Assembly: GCF_037042905.1 (NCBI RefSeq)
Contig: NC_087251.1
Span: forward strand, 26,104,001-26,168,000
Direction of reading: 5' to 3'
Length of the DNA stretch: 64,000 nucleotides
Origin: Lytechinus pictus
Lineage: Eukaryota
Shown here: piece after piece, positions 14,105 to 25,566 of the stretch
Layout of the letters: the number at the start of each line of letters is the position of its first letter
Numbering within the stretch: the first letter of the stretch is position 1
Translations under genes and position numbers: made by a program
Notes under the pieces: generated by a model
The model's input: the letters and a program-made list of their open reading frames with translations, nothing else
Database searches by the model: none
What the model was told of the DNA's origin: nothing

Positions 14105-14609
14105 TATAATTATTTTACACCCCTTGTGTCCTGTGGATTTCTAATAATAATCCAGATCAATCCATGAGATATCTAGTGACAATAACACCTCGTCCAATAT
14201 CTCCAGATTGATAATGGATTGACAGGATGTGAAAAGCAATATAAACATCCATCCTCATGGGATCATCATCAGCCTCTAGTTCTATGGACCAATGTAAGCG
14301 TTGCGGTGAAGAGGAGGTCAGCGACAATGCTTGGCTAACACTTCATGCCGTATGTCTCCAAAAACTTGTCTTCAAGTAATTATTAAAAAGTATTGGTGTG
14401 TTTGGAATGTTGGTCACTGGACAGTCAATGTTTCTCGGCCAAAGCTCAACACTATTTTCTCTTTCATGAGGAATTTAAATAACGTACACTGAGAGGTTTC
14501 ATAAATTTTTTATATATCAGGAATATCGTTGGGATTTGTTATTTTCATTAAGGAATATTTTCAAGAATGTTATGATTGCTCTTGTCTTGCTATCATTTAA
14601 ATTGTTACC

Positions 14610-15410
14610 TTTTGTCTCACCTGCATAGCAGAGTGAGACTATAGGCGCCGCTTTTCCGACGGCGGCGGCGACGGCGGCGGCGGCGTCAACACCAAATCTT
14701 AACCTGAGGTTAAGTTTTTGAAATGACAGCATAACTTAGAAAGTATATGGACCTAGTTCATGAAACTTGGCCATAAGGTTAATCAAGTATTACTGAACAG
14801 CCTGCCTGAGTTTCATGTCACATGACCAAGGTCAAAGGTCATTTAGGGTCAATGAACTTAGACCATGTTGGGGGAATCAACATCAAAATCTTAACCTAAG
14901 GTTAAGTTTTTGAATTACCATCATAACTTTGAAAGTTTATGGATCTGATTCATGAAACTTGGACATAATAGTAATCAAGTATTACTGAACATCCTGTGCA
15001 AGTTTCAGGTCACATGATCAAGGTCAAAGGTCATTTAGGGTCAATGAACTTTGGCCAAATTGGGGTATTTGTTGAATTACAGCCATAAATTTGAAAGTGT
15101 GTTGGTCTAGTTCATAAAACTTGGACATAATAGTAATCAAATATCACTGAACATCCTGTGCGAGTTTCAGGTCACATGATCAAGGTCAAAGGTCATGTAA
15201 GGTCAAAGAACTTTGGCCACGTTGGGGGTATTTGTTGAATTGCCATCATATCTCTATAAGTGTATTGGTCTAGTTCATAAAACATGGAAATAAGAGTAAC
15301 CAAGTATCACTGAACATCTTGTGCGAGTTATAGTAGTTTTCAAAATCAGCACTGCTGCTATATTGAATCGCGTGATGCAGGTGAGACGGCCAGAGGCATT
15401 CCACTTGTTT
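14610..15410 (+). mobile_element. Helentron-associated (HINE/DINE-1-like) non-autonomous element
   Basis: T-rich insertion site; 5' subTIR gtctcacctgcat with adjacent partial inverted copy gtgagac; (GGC)n microsatellite; ~178-195-bp internal tandem units containing ggtcaaaggtca; 3' subTIR atgcaggtgagac, small gcc-aga-ggc hairpin and terminal cttgtt. Confidence 0.85.
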
Positions 15411-16409
15411 ACATTTACAATACAGTTGCAGTATTTTCAGGATTTCAAATGTATTTTACTCTGTTTTTTTACATCCCAAATACCCACGCACATGTATTTT
15501 TCACATATTTTGTTAGAGATTTCATACAAAATAATTCTCTACATAAAACTGCAATGTGAATAATTTCATTTACGACTCTATTTTGTTTGAACCAAAGAAT
15601 GTCCCACATCTTATTACACCCAATTACCCACCCATGCGCACATGTATACAAGCAGACACCCATACCCTCTCACACACACACACACCCATCAACCTCATGG
15701 TTAAATACCGGTCACTTGTGCTTGTTCTCATTTTAAACTGGATACTTAATGGTGGAGAGAAACATTGCACAGTGATGAATTGATAGCAATTGATGAGACA
15801 TGCTACGATGAAACAAGGCACACATGTTTTGATCATCATAGTCGACTTAGAAGAGCATAGCACTCAACTTAAAAAACTGTAGCTTTATAATGGTGGCTGA
15901 CTGCAGTCCAAAATAAACAGGCACCCAAGTTTGTAAGTGCTTTAGTGTACATAGATTATGCATGTAAAATGGACGCTCTCGCTTCTGGTGCAAGTGAATA
16001 TTTTAGTTAGATGCACTACAATTTCGCTGAAAGTAGGTCGGGTTGTTGATAAAAATTCATTGAGGAATTTTGTTATCCCAGATATCACAACAAACAGCAG
16101 CATATTTTGGAGATGTTACAAACTACTACACAACCAGATATTTTCATCTAAAGTAGCAATGACTACTTTGAAATATGTTATTGAATTATCTTTTGATCAG
16201 GAAATATTGCTGGGTCTGTTTTTGTAAGCTAATTGAGCTTGGATACGGTGAAACACCCTACATTATGCATGACTATGTTGATCCTCTAGAGGATAATGAT
16301 TCCTCCATCCGATGCCGTCCAAGTGAGACTGACGATCGTCTACTGGAGATGTAGAACCATTCATTCTATCTCGGCTGGATATGATGTTGCTCTCACGACA
16401 CAAGATCAT

Positions 16410-17410
16410 CTTCTCTCCTTTATCATTCATCTTTCTCTCCTTTCATGCACCCCATTCACTCATCCTTATCTCCTTTCACCCATCTTCAATTCATCATGAT
16501 TCTCTTTTAAATTTTTTTTGGCTCACTGTACAGATTATGTCATGATAATGTAGTTCTCTTGGCTTTCTTTTTATTGAACATTTCTCACACTTTTCTTCAC
16601 TGTATCCCTGTTTCTTTTTTTTTTTCATTCTGCCTATCGAAATCTATCTTTCTGTCTTTATTTTGATGTATACTTTCTGCATAATGATCCTTTGATCTCA
16701 TAATGCCAGAATGGTTATCTATTGAAGATGTAAAGTCATTTACTACATCCATCTCTTGTAATTTCTGTTTACCTGTTCCTTATTTCTTTCTCCTCTCTAT
16801 TGCTGTCTCTCTCTATATATATCTATCTCTCACCAGCTGCATGTGTATCCCACAAAATTATTGACTATAACTCACAAATTACATTATCTCGTTCTTTCTG
16901 TCTCTCTTATCTTTCTATTTGAGAAACATTATTTCACTCTTCCCTTTCTCACTGCTATTGCTGTTTTATCCAATCACTATCTATTGATCTGTCAGCCTAT
17001 GTTTATCTTGCTCACTCTCTTTAACAAACAATGACTTACTTGTCACACTCTTGTATACTCCACCTTGTCTCTTCAGCCTTTTCTCACCTCAAAAGCTTTA
17101 AAAATGTACTCCCCCTATCTTTCACTTCTTTGTGTATCTCAATCATTCCCCATCCCCATTTCTTCAAATATCCACCCTCGCCATCTCTCACCCTCTTCTC
17201 TCTATTCTTTTCGTTTCCATTCTCTCATTCACTTTCAATCCTTATCTCTTGATCTCTCTTATTTCCACTTCACCATCTTCACCCACATCCTTGCCTCTGT
17301 TTCTTTCTGTCTCTTCCTCCCTTTGCCCCCCCCTCTCACGTTCCTCCCTCCATCCCCTTTCTCTTCCCCCCCCCCCCCCACTCCATCTCTACATCTTGTT
17401 TTATTTATCC
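16410..17410. repeat. Pyrimidine-rich (CT) low-complexity region
   Basis: Strong C/T strand bias, which explains the overlapping F/L/S/P-rich pseudo-ORFs. Confidence 0.7.
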
Positions 17411-18189
17411 ACAAGGGGATATTATCTTCTTCATTCCATACCAGTTGGGTGAGACTTGTATTCATCTACTGAAGATGTTGAATCATTCACTCTATGAATC
17501 TATGCATCTGCATGTCCTTCCCCTTCTTTTCACTGCGTAGTCTTAGATTCCAATTCTTCCTGCCAAAATTCTCTCTAGTCTTGTCTGCAGCATGGGGTAA
17601 CAATTATGTATGAGAGTTATACATATTACCTATATCATATCATTCAAAACTACATTTTGTATTGAAAATAATAGCTGTTAATGAAACTAATGAGGGTTAT
17701 TTTTTTATAAATATTTTGTCGTGAACCACCCTTGCCCAACATCTCCCCATATACTTCTTTCATGATTGAAGTATTACATTGAGGTTCAATCATCTTAAAT
17801 TATTCTTTTCAGCTTAGGCAGAATACACAAAAAATAACCGGGGGGGGGGGTGATATTTTCTTTTAAAAGCTATTTCACATTTCTATTAATGCCAAATGAC
17901 ATTAATCCAAAGTTCTAGTATATGGGGCTCTATTTCAGAAATTACAGCAACAAAATATCACTCAGTCCTTATGTTTTCCCCTGCTTTTAACACGTCTTGA
18001 ATATTTTGTTGGCAATAAGAGGGTTAAATCTTTGTTTAGTGCCTCTCTGTTGCTTTTAGGGTAAAGCAATGTGAGCTATGCTAGTGATGTACACCATGGC
18101 CAAGCAAGAAACAGTTGGTGGACTTTGCTTTCATCTCAGAATGTAGGAAAGAGAAACAAACTATCATCTTACCCCCATCAGAGACATGG

Positions 18190-18445
18190 ATGCCAGATGG
18201 ATGAGAGAGAGCATTGTATAGGAAAAAAGGAAGGAAAAGAGAGGAAGTGAGGGGAGAGGTGGATAATGGGGGGGGGGGGTGGAAAGAGGGGAGAGAAAGG
18301 GATGGGGTGAAGAGGGAGAGAGTGGGTGGAAGAGAGGGAGGAAGAAGGAGATGTTGAGATTATTAAAGGAAAAAAAAATGTTAAAGAAAAAACACAAAAG
18401 TAGAAGATGAAGAGGGAAAGGTTATTTTTAAAGAAAGAGTGAGAA
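18190..18445. repeat. Purine-rich (GA) low-complexity tract
   Basis: Almost entirely G/A. Confidence 0.7.
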
Positions 18446-21400
18446 AAATTGAAGCAAATTAGATGAAGTCATTCATCATCATGAACCTGTCATCATAATA
18501 TCAACAATATTGAAGCACCCTCCATTGCTGTGAAGTTTACACAATTTATGAACTTAATTCCATCAGCTTGACGCTATCAAGATAATGTGCGAACAATACA
18601 TAGGTATTACTGATAACGCTGAATAATGGAATAGCTTCTAAAATGTCAAAGTCAATCTCCTAGACCGTTTGGTTCATGAGAGAATGATGGTTTCTTATGA
18701 TGCGTGCTGTCATCCTAGAATCACAAAACTCACTTTCGAATGCATACATTCAATTGACTTTCCTAAGCTAGGATCACAAACATGATTCACTGTTCAGAAT
18801 GCAAACACAAAATGCAGTTACAGTGGGATGGTGTTCAATTGAACATTCAACACTATCCACTGGGGATCGTACTACGCAGTTTGACCCAAGAAGTAAAGGT
18901 TAATTTGGAGTGTATGCGATTAATATATACAATTCGAAATGTCTGGCAGAATCATGATATTGATTGCACTTAATTTTTTCCAACGACCATGGTTTTGCGT
19001 TACTTGAAATTCATCGTTTTCAGTATTTTATGTTTGCATTTTAATAGACACTTAGCTTTACAACCAACAAAAATCGCTTGACATCCGCACTTGTAAGATA
19101 AAAAAGTTTTGGTTGAACCATGGATCCATGGTTGAACACAGCTTAAGTCTGTTCTGGAATGTATGAAAATGATGGTTTCATACGATGTGCTCTGTCATCT
19201 TCAAATCACAACACTAATGTAGCGCATGAATGTGCATTGTGCTCCGTCTTCTTATTAAAAGCCCTCTTGGGTATGAAACGATACCGGTTGCATAGAATTG
19301 AGGGCACCAGCTGTCCCCTCCGCCTGTTGGCAAAGCTTTCTTTTTCCTTCTTCCTTTAATGTCAAGGCTTCAGTTTCTTCTCTCTCCTCCAAATCTGCGG
19401 CACTTCGCCATCCCCAAAGTGCCGTCTTTCTCACGAACACTTGAAGTGTGGGCGCAGCGACACAAGTTGATAACGAAGTGTGGAAGTCTGTTGTTCTAAA
19501 ATGAAAGAGGAGAAAGGGATGGCATCCAATAGAAGTTATTATTAGAGTCTGTATGATAACAGCTGCATTATAGATAATGGCTACAGCCTTCTATAACCTT
19601 CAATATCGAATGAATAGAGAGATAGGCTATTCGTTGGATGATAAGTTTCATTTATTAATAGCAGCTTTGATCGTATTTACTTTGTATGAAGATGCATTCA
19701 ACATGTCATTTGATACCCTATATATATTATTATATCTCACCGCAATAAATACTTTGGTTTATCACAAAAAAGCAGAAAATAATTTTTATTTTTTATTTTC
19801 GGGGGCTACTTTTCACAACTTACTGCCTAAATCTGCAACATTGCATAAGCTTTAACATTGCAATGAATGGGAATTTTCTGGGCGCTTTAACATTGCAATG
19901 AATGGGAATTTTGGGGGCACTTTTGAGCATTTAGGGGGTAAATCACCCCCAGCCTCTGTGTATTTTTCCCCTGATCACAAATTACTGATACTGTCCATAT
20001 GCCCTTGCCCCTTATACACCAAGTCAAGAAGTAAACCTATTGTTGGAGGGGGGGGGGGTATTGTGTCATACCCCCCCTCACCTAAATAACATGGTGTCAC
20101 ATATGGACACCATGGAAGAATGGTATTGTCGTGATGATAACTGAATATGGGCTATCCATCCGTTTTGTATTTTTCTGTTTTTATACGGAATATAAATAAT
20201 ATACTACTATACTATATATGTGTACACCTATGCCTCCCCCAGTGTTCCCTCTCCCCATGCCTTTCCTCCCCCGTCTCATCTCATTTTCCTTTAATTTTGG
20301 ATACATGCCAAGCTTTGCCAACCAGTTTGCATGGAATCAGTGAAATTGCATTTAATGCGCATGACATAGATTCAATATTCAATATGATATTGTATCAAAG
20401 TTTGAAATAATTTAGGTGTCAAAAAGATTATTGTTTATTATAGAGCTTTATAAGAAAGATTTGATTGATGATATGAGATCTGGAGTTCCTGACACATTTA
20501 TTGATTAAGACAACATGCTCTTTGGAATATGATTTATTTATACAATCCGAGGCCAGCCTGTTTCCTTTTGCAACCATTCTTTATTTACGTCAACATACCT
20601 TGACAGTTTTGCTATATTTATGCTGCGACCGATCTTTTATCATTACGAAGAAGCAAGTAAATGGGTCTTGCTAAGTGGATGCTCTCTTTCTATCTCATTT
20701 ATGACTGGGCAATGAATATTTTTATGGGTGTCAGGAAAGTGGACGTGGTGTTAATGCGCTGTCACATGGAGTCATATTGATTGAAGTGAGATAAGAAAAG
20801 CAGCATAAAGCAGCCAAAGGGGTGCGATATATTCCCTGCCAGTTCTATTGGTTAGAGATATCATAGAGCACACAGTGACCCTATTCAGTCAAGTTATCAT
20901 AATGAGACTGTGAGACATTGAGCAATTTAGACAATGCATTTTCTTACCTTTGAAGATAATGGATATTTTTTTATTTGTAGAATTTTAGATCCTCGCAAAT
21001 GGTAAAAATGTGATACTTTGATGCATTGACTTCTGGATTCTGTAATATATATGATAAAAATTCTAATTTTCATACCACTGATACACCCCCATACTGAAAG
21101 GGGTAAATATCAACATGTGACTTTACAATATTTGTCATACATGTAATACATGTATCTTTGTATCTTACTAGAATCAATATAGTGGAAATAAACAAATTTT
21201 CTTTATATCTCCTCAAGTCATTTTCAGTTTTCAAGTGAAAATGTTTGTATGGCCATTTGTACATGAAAATGAAGTTATAACTGAAAATGCATAATTACAG
21301 AGAAATGGACGTGCAGTAGCCTTAACAGCCCCATACAGATGATGGTGACTATCCGTTATGCTCAATGTAATTTGCATTTTTATCAGTTATATCACACTGG

Positions 21401-24278
21401 TATCATGAATTTAAATGAGACACCTCTGCAAATTAGTCACAAAATATTATGTTAATATCTCATGGATGGATGAGATGAATCATCCAGTGCATGTGTGATC
21501 AGACTATTCATACACTCACGTACCGTATTTTGAGGTAAAGGGATTTTTTTTTCATATGAATTATCACTACTATTAATAATTGTTTTTGAAATATGAGAAG
21601 TTGAATTTCCCCATGCATGGCCACTGTGAGTCATGGCTATGTTGTAGGGATTTTGTTCCCATCAAGGTCAATGTTGGTTAGTAATGATTGTCATTGTAGT
21701 CTACTCACATAGACTTTGGCAAGTGGATCTACATGTATTCAGGGATTGAAGCAGGGGCAATTATTACAGCATGATTCTTTTATTTTAATTCATTTATTTG
21801 TGTAGGCCTTTTTATTTAGTTAGCTTTCAATGATTTTGGTATTTATTTCTTTTATTTGTTTGTTTATTCATTTGTTTGTTTCTTTATCTATAGATTTTAT
21901 TTATTATTCATCCTTTCATTCATTTATTCATTCATTTACATCTTTAATTATCAATGTAATGAGATTATAGTTGTTTTTTTCTTCAAATGCTGCTGCTTCA
22001 TAGACATTTACTGCAAAAAATTATGTCCCCCCCAGCATTCTGTTTTGTCGTTATATGAAAGTTTTTGCTAGGTTTCTTTTCAGGGGGTAGGCATTAGGGT
22101 TACTTATTCGGATTAAAAAAAAGAACACTTCAAATTTGAAGAGAGAGATACATGTACAAACAAGCATGAGCCTATGATCTATATTGCTTTGATTTAAGAA
22201 CTTTATTTTGTGGATTATGTGAAGAAAAGGATATTCCTGCACCTTTATTATTCATTTTCAAAGTGTGACTGGAAATATGATAACATAGAGATAGAGCTAG
22301 CCTTTTGAAGAATGAATATCATGACACTGACTCATTAATGTACAGTGCATGTGAACTAGAAGCAGCAGACATTTAGCATATATCGGGGAAAGGATATTGC
22401 AATATTTGCTAAATCATAATATTTCATGTCATGTAACGATTGTGGGTTGAAGAGGAACTGATCAATTGAAGCCTTGGTGTAATTAGATAGTCCATGTCCG
22501 GGGTTATTAACATCAATTAGACATTGATCCTAACTGTTTTGTCTGATCTTATTATGTGCTGATAAAATACATTAGGGGTTTCATGCTATTAGGATATATA
22601 TGAACTCTCATTCACACAGTTGTGTTTATGAAGCTATCTATAGACCAAAAATGATTTATGTGTGTAGCAATCACACCATTTTGTATCATTTGCCTATCGA
22701 GATAACAATGATAAAGGGATACTCCAGCATGAGATTAATATGAATGACAGAAATGGGATAAAATCAAGTGAGTAGATAGCTAAATAATTTATCATGATCA
22801 GATGAACAATAACAAAGTTATCACCTTTATTTATTGGCAAAAATTCAAGGAAATATACAGCTTACTACCAAATTTTCAGGTAATGCTGATCTTGAATAAT
22901 GTATTTACCAATTGAGGTAACTTTAAAAAAATAACTTTGAAATATGTGAAACGTAATCAATGAGTCTGTGTCAGAGAGAGGGAAAATCTGGAATACATTT
23001 AAGGTGGATATTTGATAACCTCATGACAGATTAGTACAATGTATCATTTTAGTTTCAAGTGAGTGTGTATAATGAACACACGGTAGGATGAAAACAAACT
23101 GCATTGGTGGGGATAGTTTTAGGGGACATTTTGACACTTTGGCTGTGTTAAATATGTCAGAGAGAAGAATACAGAAGGCTAGACTAAGAGGGGTCCCAGT
23201 CCCAGAATTAAGTAAGAAGACAATGTTGAAAAAATTGGAGTGTACCGGGATGGCAAAAAGGTATATAAAATGGAGAAATATTATAATCAACCTTTGAATC
23301 AAGATAAGACACTCAGACAGATGTAGACCTGCATGTCACCGTGTTCGGAAATTCACTTGTAAATTATGCTTGATAAGTGAAACTATAATAGAATTTGAAC
23401 GTGTGTTGATGCAATGTAATTCATTTTTTTAATGTATATCTACAGAAGTACAATCTTTTATTTTTTGCTTAAATATGAATATTGGAACATTCATTTTAAT
23501 GTGCAAATATGTATAATTAGTCTTGTTTTAGTTTAAACTAAATTAGAATGGGTTTTCTTTTTTATGTATTTAGAATGTTTAATGATCTATCATAAATGTA
23601 AATCTATGGGCATTAAACTAGATCTAAAATGCTGCCTTTCATAAATTTCCCCTTGAAATCTAGTCTAGGTTTACATATTTATTCTAGATCAGCATGGTTT
23701 ATTAGCTGTAGACTAAACTCCCACTGAAGAAGATATATATTTGCTTGTAATGCTAACTTGTTTGGCTATAGTATGTAGAAAGAAAAGTAGGCCCTTCTGA
23801 TTTTGTGTTCTTTTTATTTTGTCTTGAAGTATTCATACCAACTTGTTGTTTTACAGACAAGATCTGACTTGTGCATGTCATGTGCTCCTAGACTCTGAAG
23901 AAACAAACAAGACACATTACACAACAAGAGGCCCAAGCGGTTTCCCTATATTTGCCAAGACACTCAGAAATTCATGAATGCAACCAGCTAGAAAATACGA
24001 TTTTCCCTTCAAGGCCACCTTACATGCTGATGGGTCGCATGTTAGCGGGTAGAACATTTAGAATGAGTTTTCTGAGGTTTGCAGAGAAAATTTGACTATT
24101 CCACACTGCTAGTTCTAAATTTGGATGTAATTGATTGTCTGCGATGCCATCAACCTATCTGTTTTCCCGAAGTATATATTTCTTTGTGAATGGGAGATAC
24201 TTTTCAATCTGAATGAGGGATTTTCCCTTTACTTTCCCTTGACATTTTTAAGAATGAACATGATAAAATGCAACATTG

Positions 24279-25065
24279 CAGACCTTCATTTTTGAGGAGC
24301 GCGATCGCGCCGGCGCTCCTACCGCGCTCCTTAAAAAAAATAAGGAGAGCAAAAAATCGCGCTCCTAAAAAAAAAAAAAAAAAAAAAAAAAATGAAAAAA
24401 AAAAATGCTAAAATTTCACATCTTTAAATCTATGAAATGGTCTTCTTTTTTCCATAATTCCTTGAAATTACTTTGATTTAGTTGAAAACTATCAGAAAAA
24501 TTAAGAATATTCATCTCTTTCCCGACTCTGATTTTAATTTAAACTCGGTGAATATTTGCAGTCCCATGTAGTCCCATATGTAGATTTTCATGGCAGCACC
24601 ATGAAAGTCTACATGTGGGACTACAATATTTACCGAGGTAAGTTCAAATCAGAGTCGGGAAAGAGGTGAATATTCTTCATTTTTCTGATAGTTTTCAACT
24701 AAATCAAAGTAATTTCAAGGTATTATGGAAAAAAGAAGGCCATTTCATGGATTTAAAGATGTAAAATGTTTTTTTTTTTTTCTTTCAATTTTTTTTTTCA
24801 ATTTTTTTTTAGCAGTAGCGCATACGACATCTTGTAAACGTATTGACGTGACCCAGGCCTAGTTTCACCACAGATTAATTAATAGCTAACACAGCTACTG
24901 CATATATACAATGTTAAGAAAAATCTACAATTTATCATACATGTATTGTAATGAATTGATTTGAGCTCCTCACGGAGAGCGATTCTGAGGAGCTCAATTG
25001 AGCTCCTCAGAAAAATAAGGAGAGCAATTTATTGAGCTCCACGAAATTATAAACGTGAAGGACTG
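24279..25065. mobile_element. hAT-like non-autonomous element with 6-bp TSD and large internal palindrome
   Basis: ACATTG|CAGACCTTCA ... TGAAGGACTG|ACATTG; subterminal gaggagc/gctcct motifs; foldback of about 24400-24780. Confidence 0.82.
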
Positions 25066-25465
25066 ACATTGTATAAAACATATTCTTTGAAAGTAAAGTT
25101 GTTTGCTTTCACCCATAATTTTTTCAACCATTCATGTATTTTTTTTTCAGTCAAAAAAAGAGATATATGATTATAGATTATTACTCGAGAGTAAAACTTC
25201 CTATCTTTCACTGATCAATCATGTAAGAGAAACTTATGCTGAGGATGGTGCTTTGCAGCCCCAAAGGAAATGTTTAATATCAAGTATCCTCTGATATCTT
25301 ATGAGTTCACATGTGTATGGATATTTGCATGGCAATTTATTCATGATTTTTGTTTAATTCACATGTGTTTTTGAGGCAGATATGATGAACAGTTGTATAA
25401 TTTTTGTAATCATGAAACATCATCTTAATACAGTAAACACTATTCTTTTTTCCCCCCCCCCATAG

Positions 25466-25566
25466 ATCGGTCAGTGGACATGGACAATGAGAGCGACGAC
25501 GATGACGATTCATACTCCTCGGATCAGGAGAATAGTGACAGCGGTGAGAACATGGTGGGAGGCCAG
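25466..25566 (+). CDS. PACS2: PACS-family protein, internal coding exon A (acidic autoregulatory cluster)
   Basis: Polypyrimidine tract plus catAG acceptor, and CAG|GTGAGA donor. Reads (D)RSVDMDNESDDDDDSYSSDQENSDSGENMVGGQ, resembling my recollection of vertebrate PACS1 [31 protein letters not shown]. Begins with 2 nt completing a split codon and ends on a codon boundary. PACS1 vs PACS2 cannot be resolved; likely a single invertebrate co-orthologue. Confidence 0.92.

Noticed and set aside
23088..23297. ORF with IQKARLR, vaguely like an RTE LINE C-terminus
   Set aside because: Key W-x-GH residues are absent; the similarity is too weak to call without a search.
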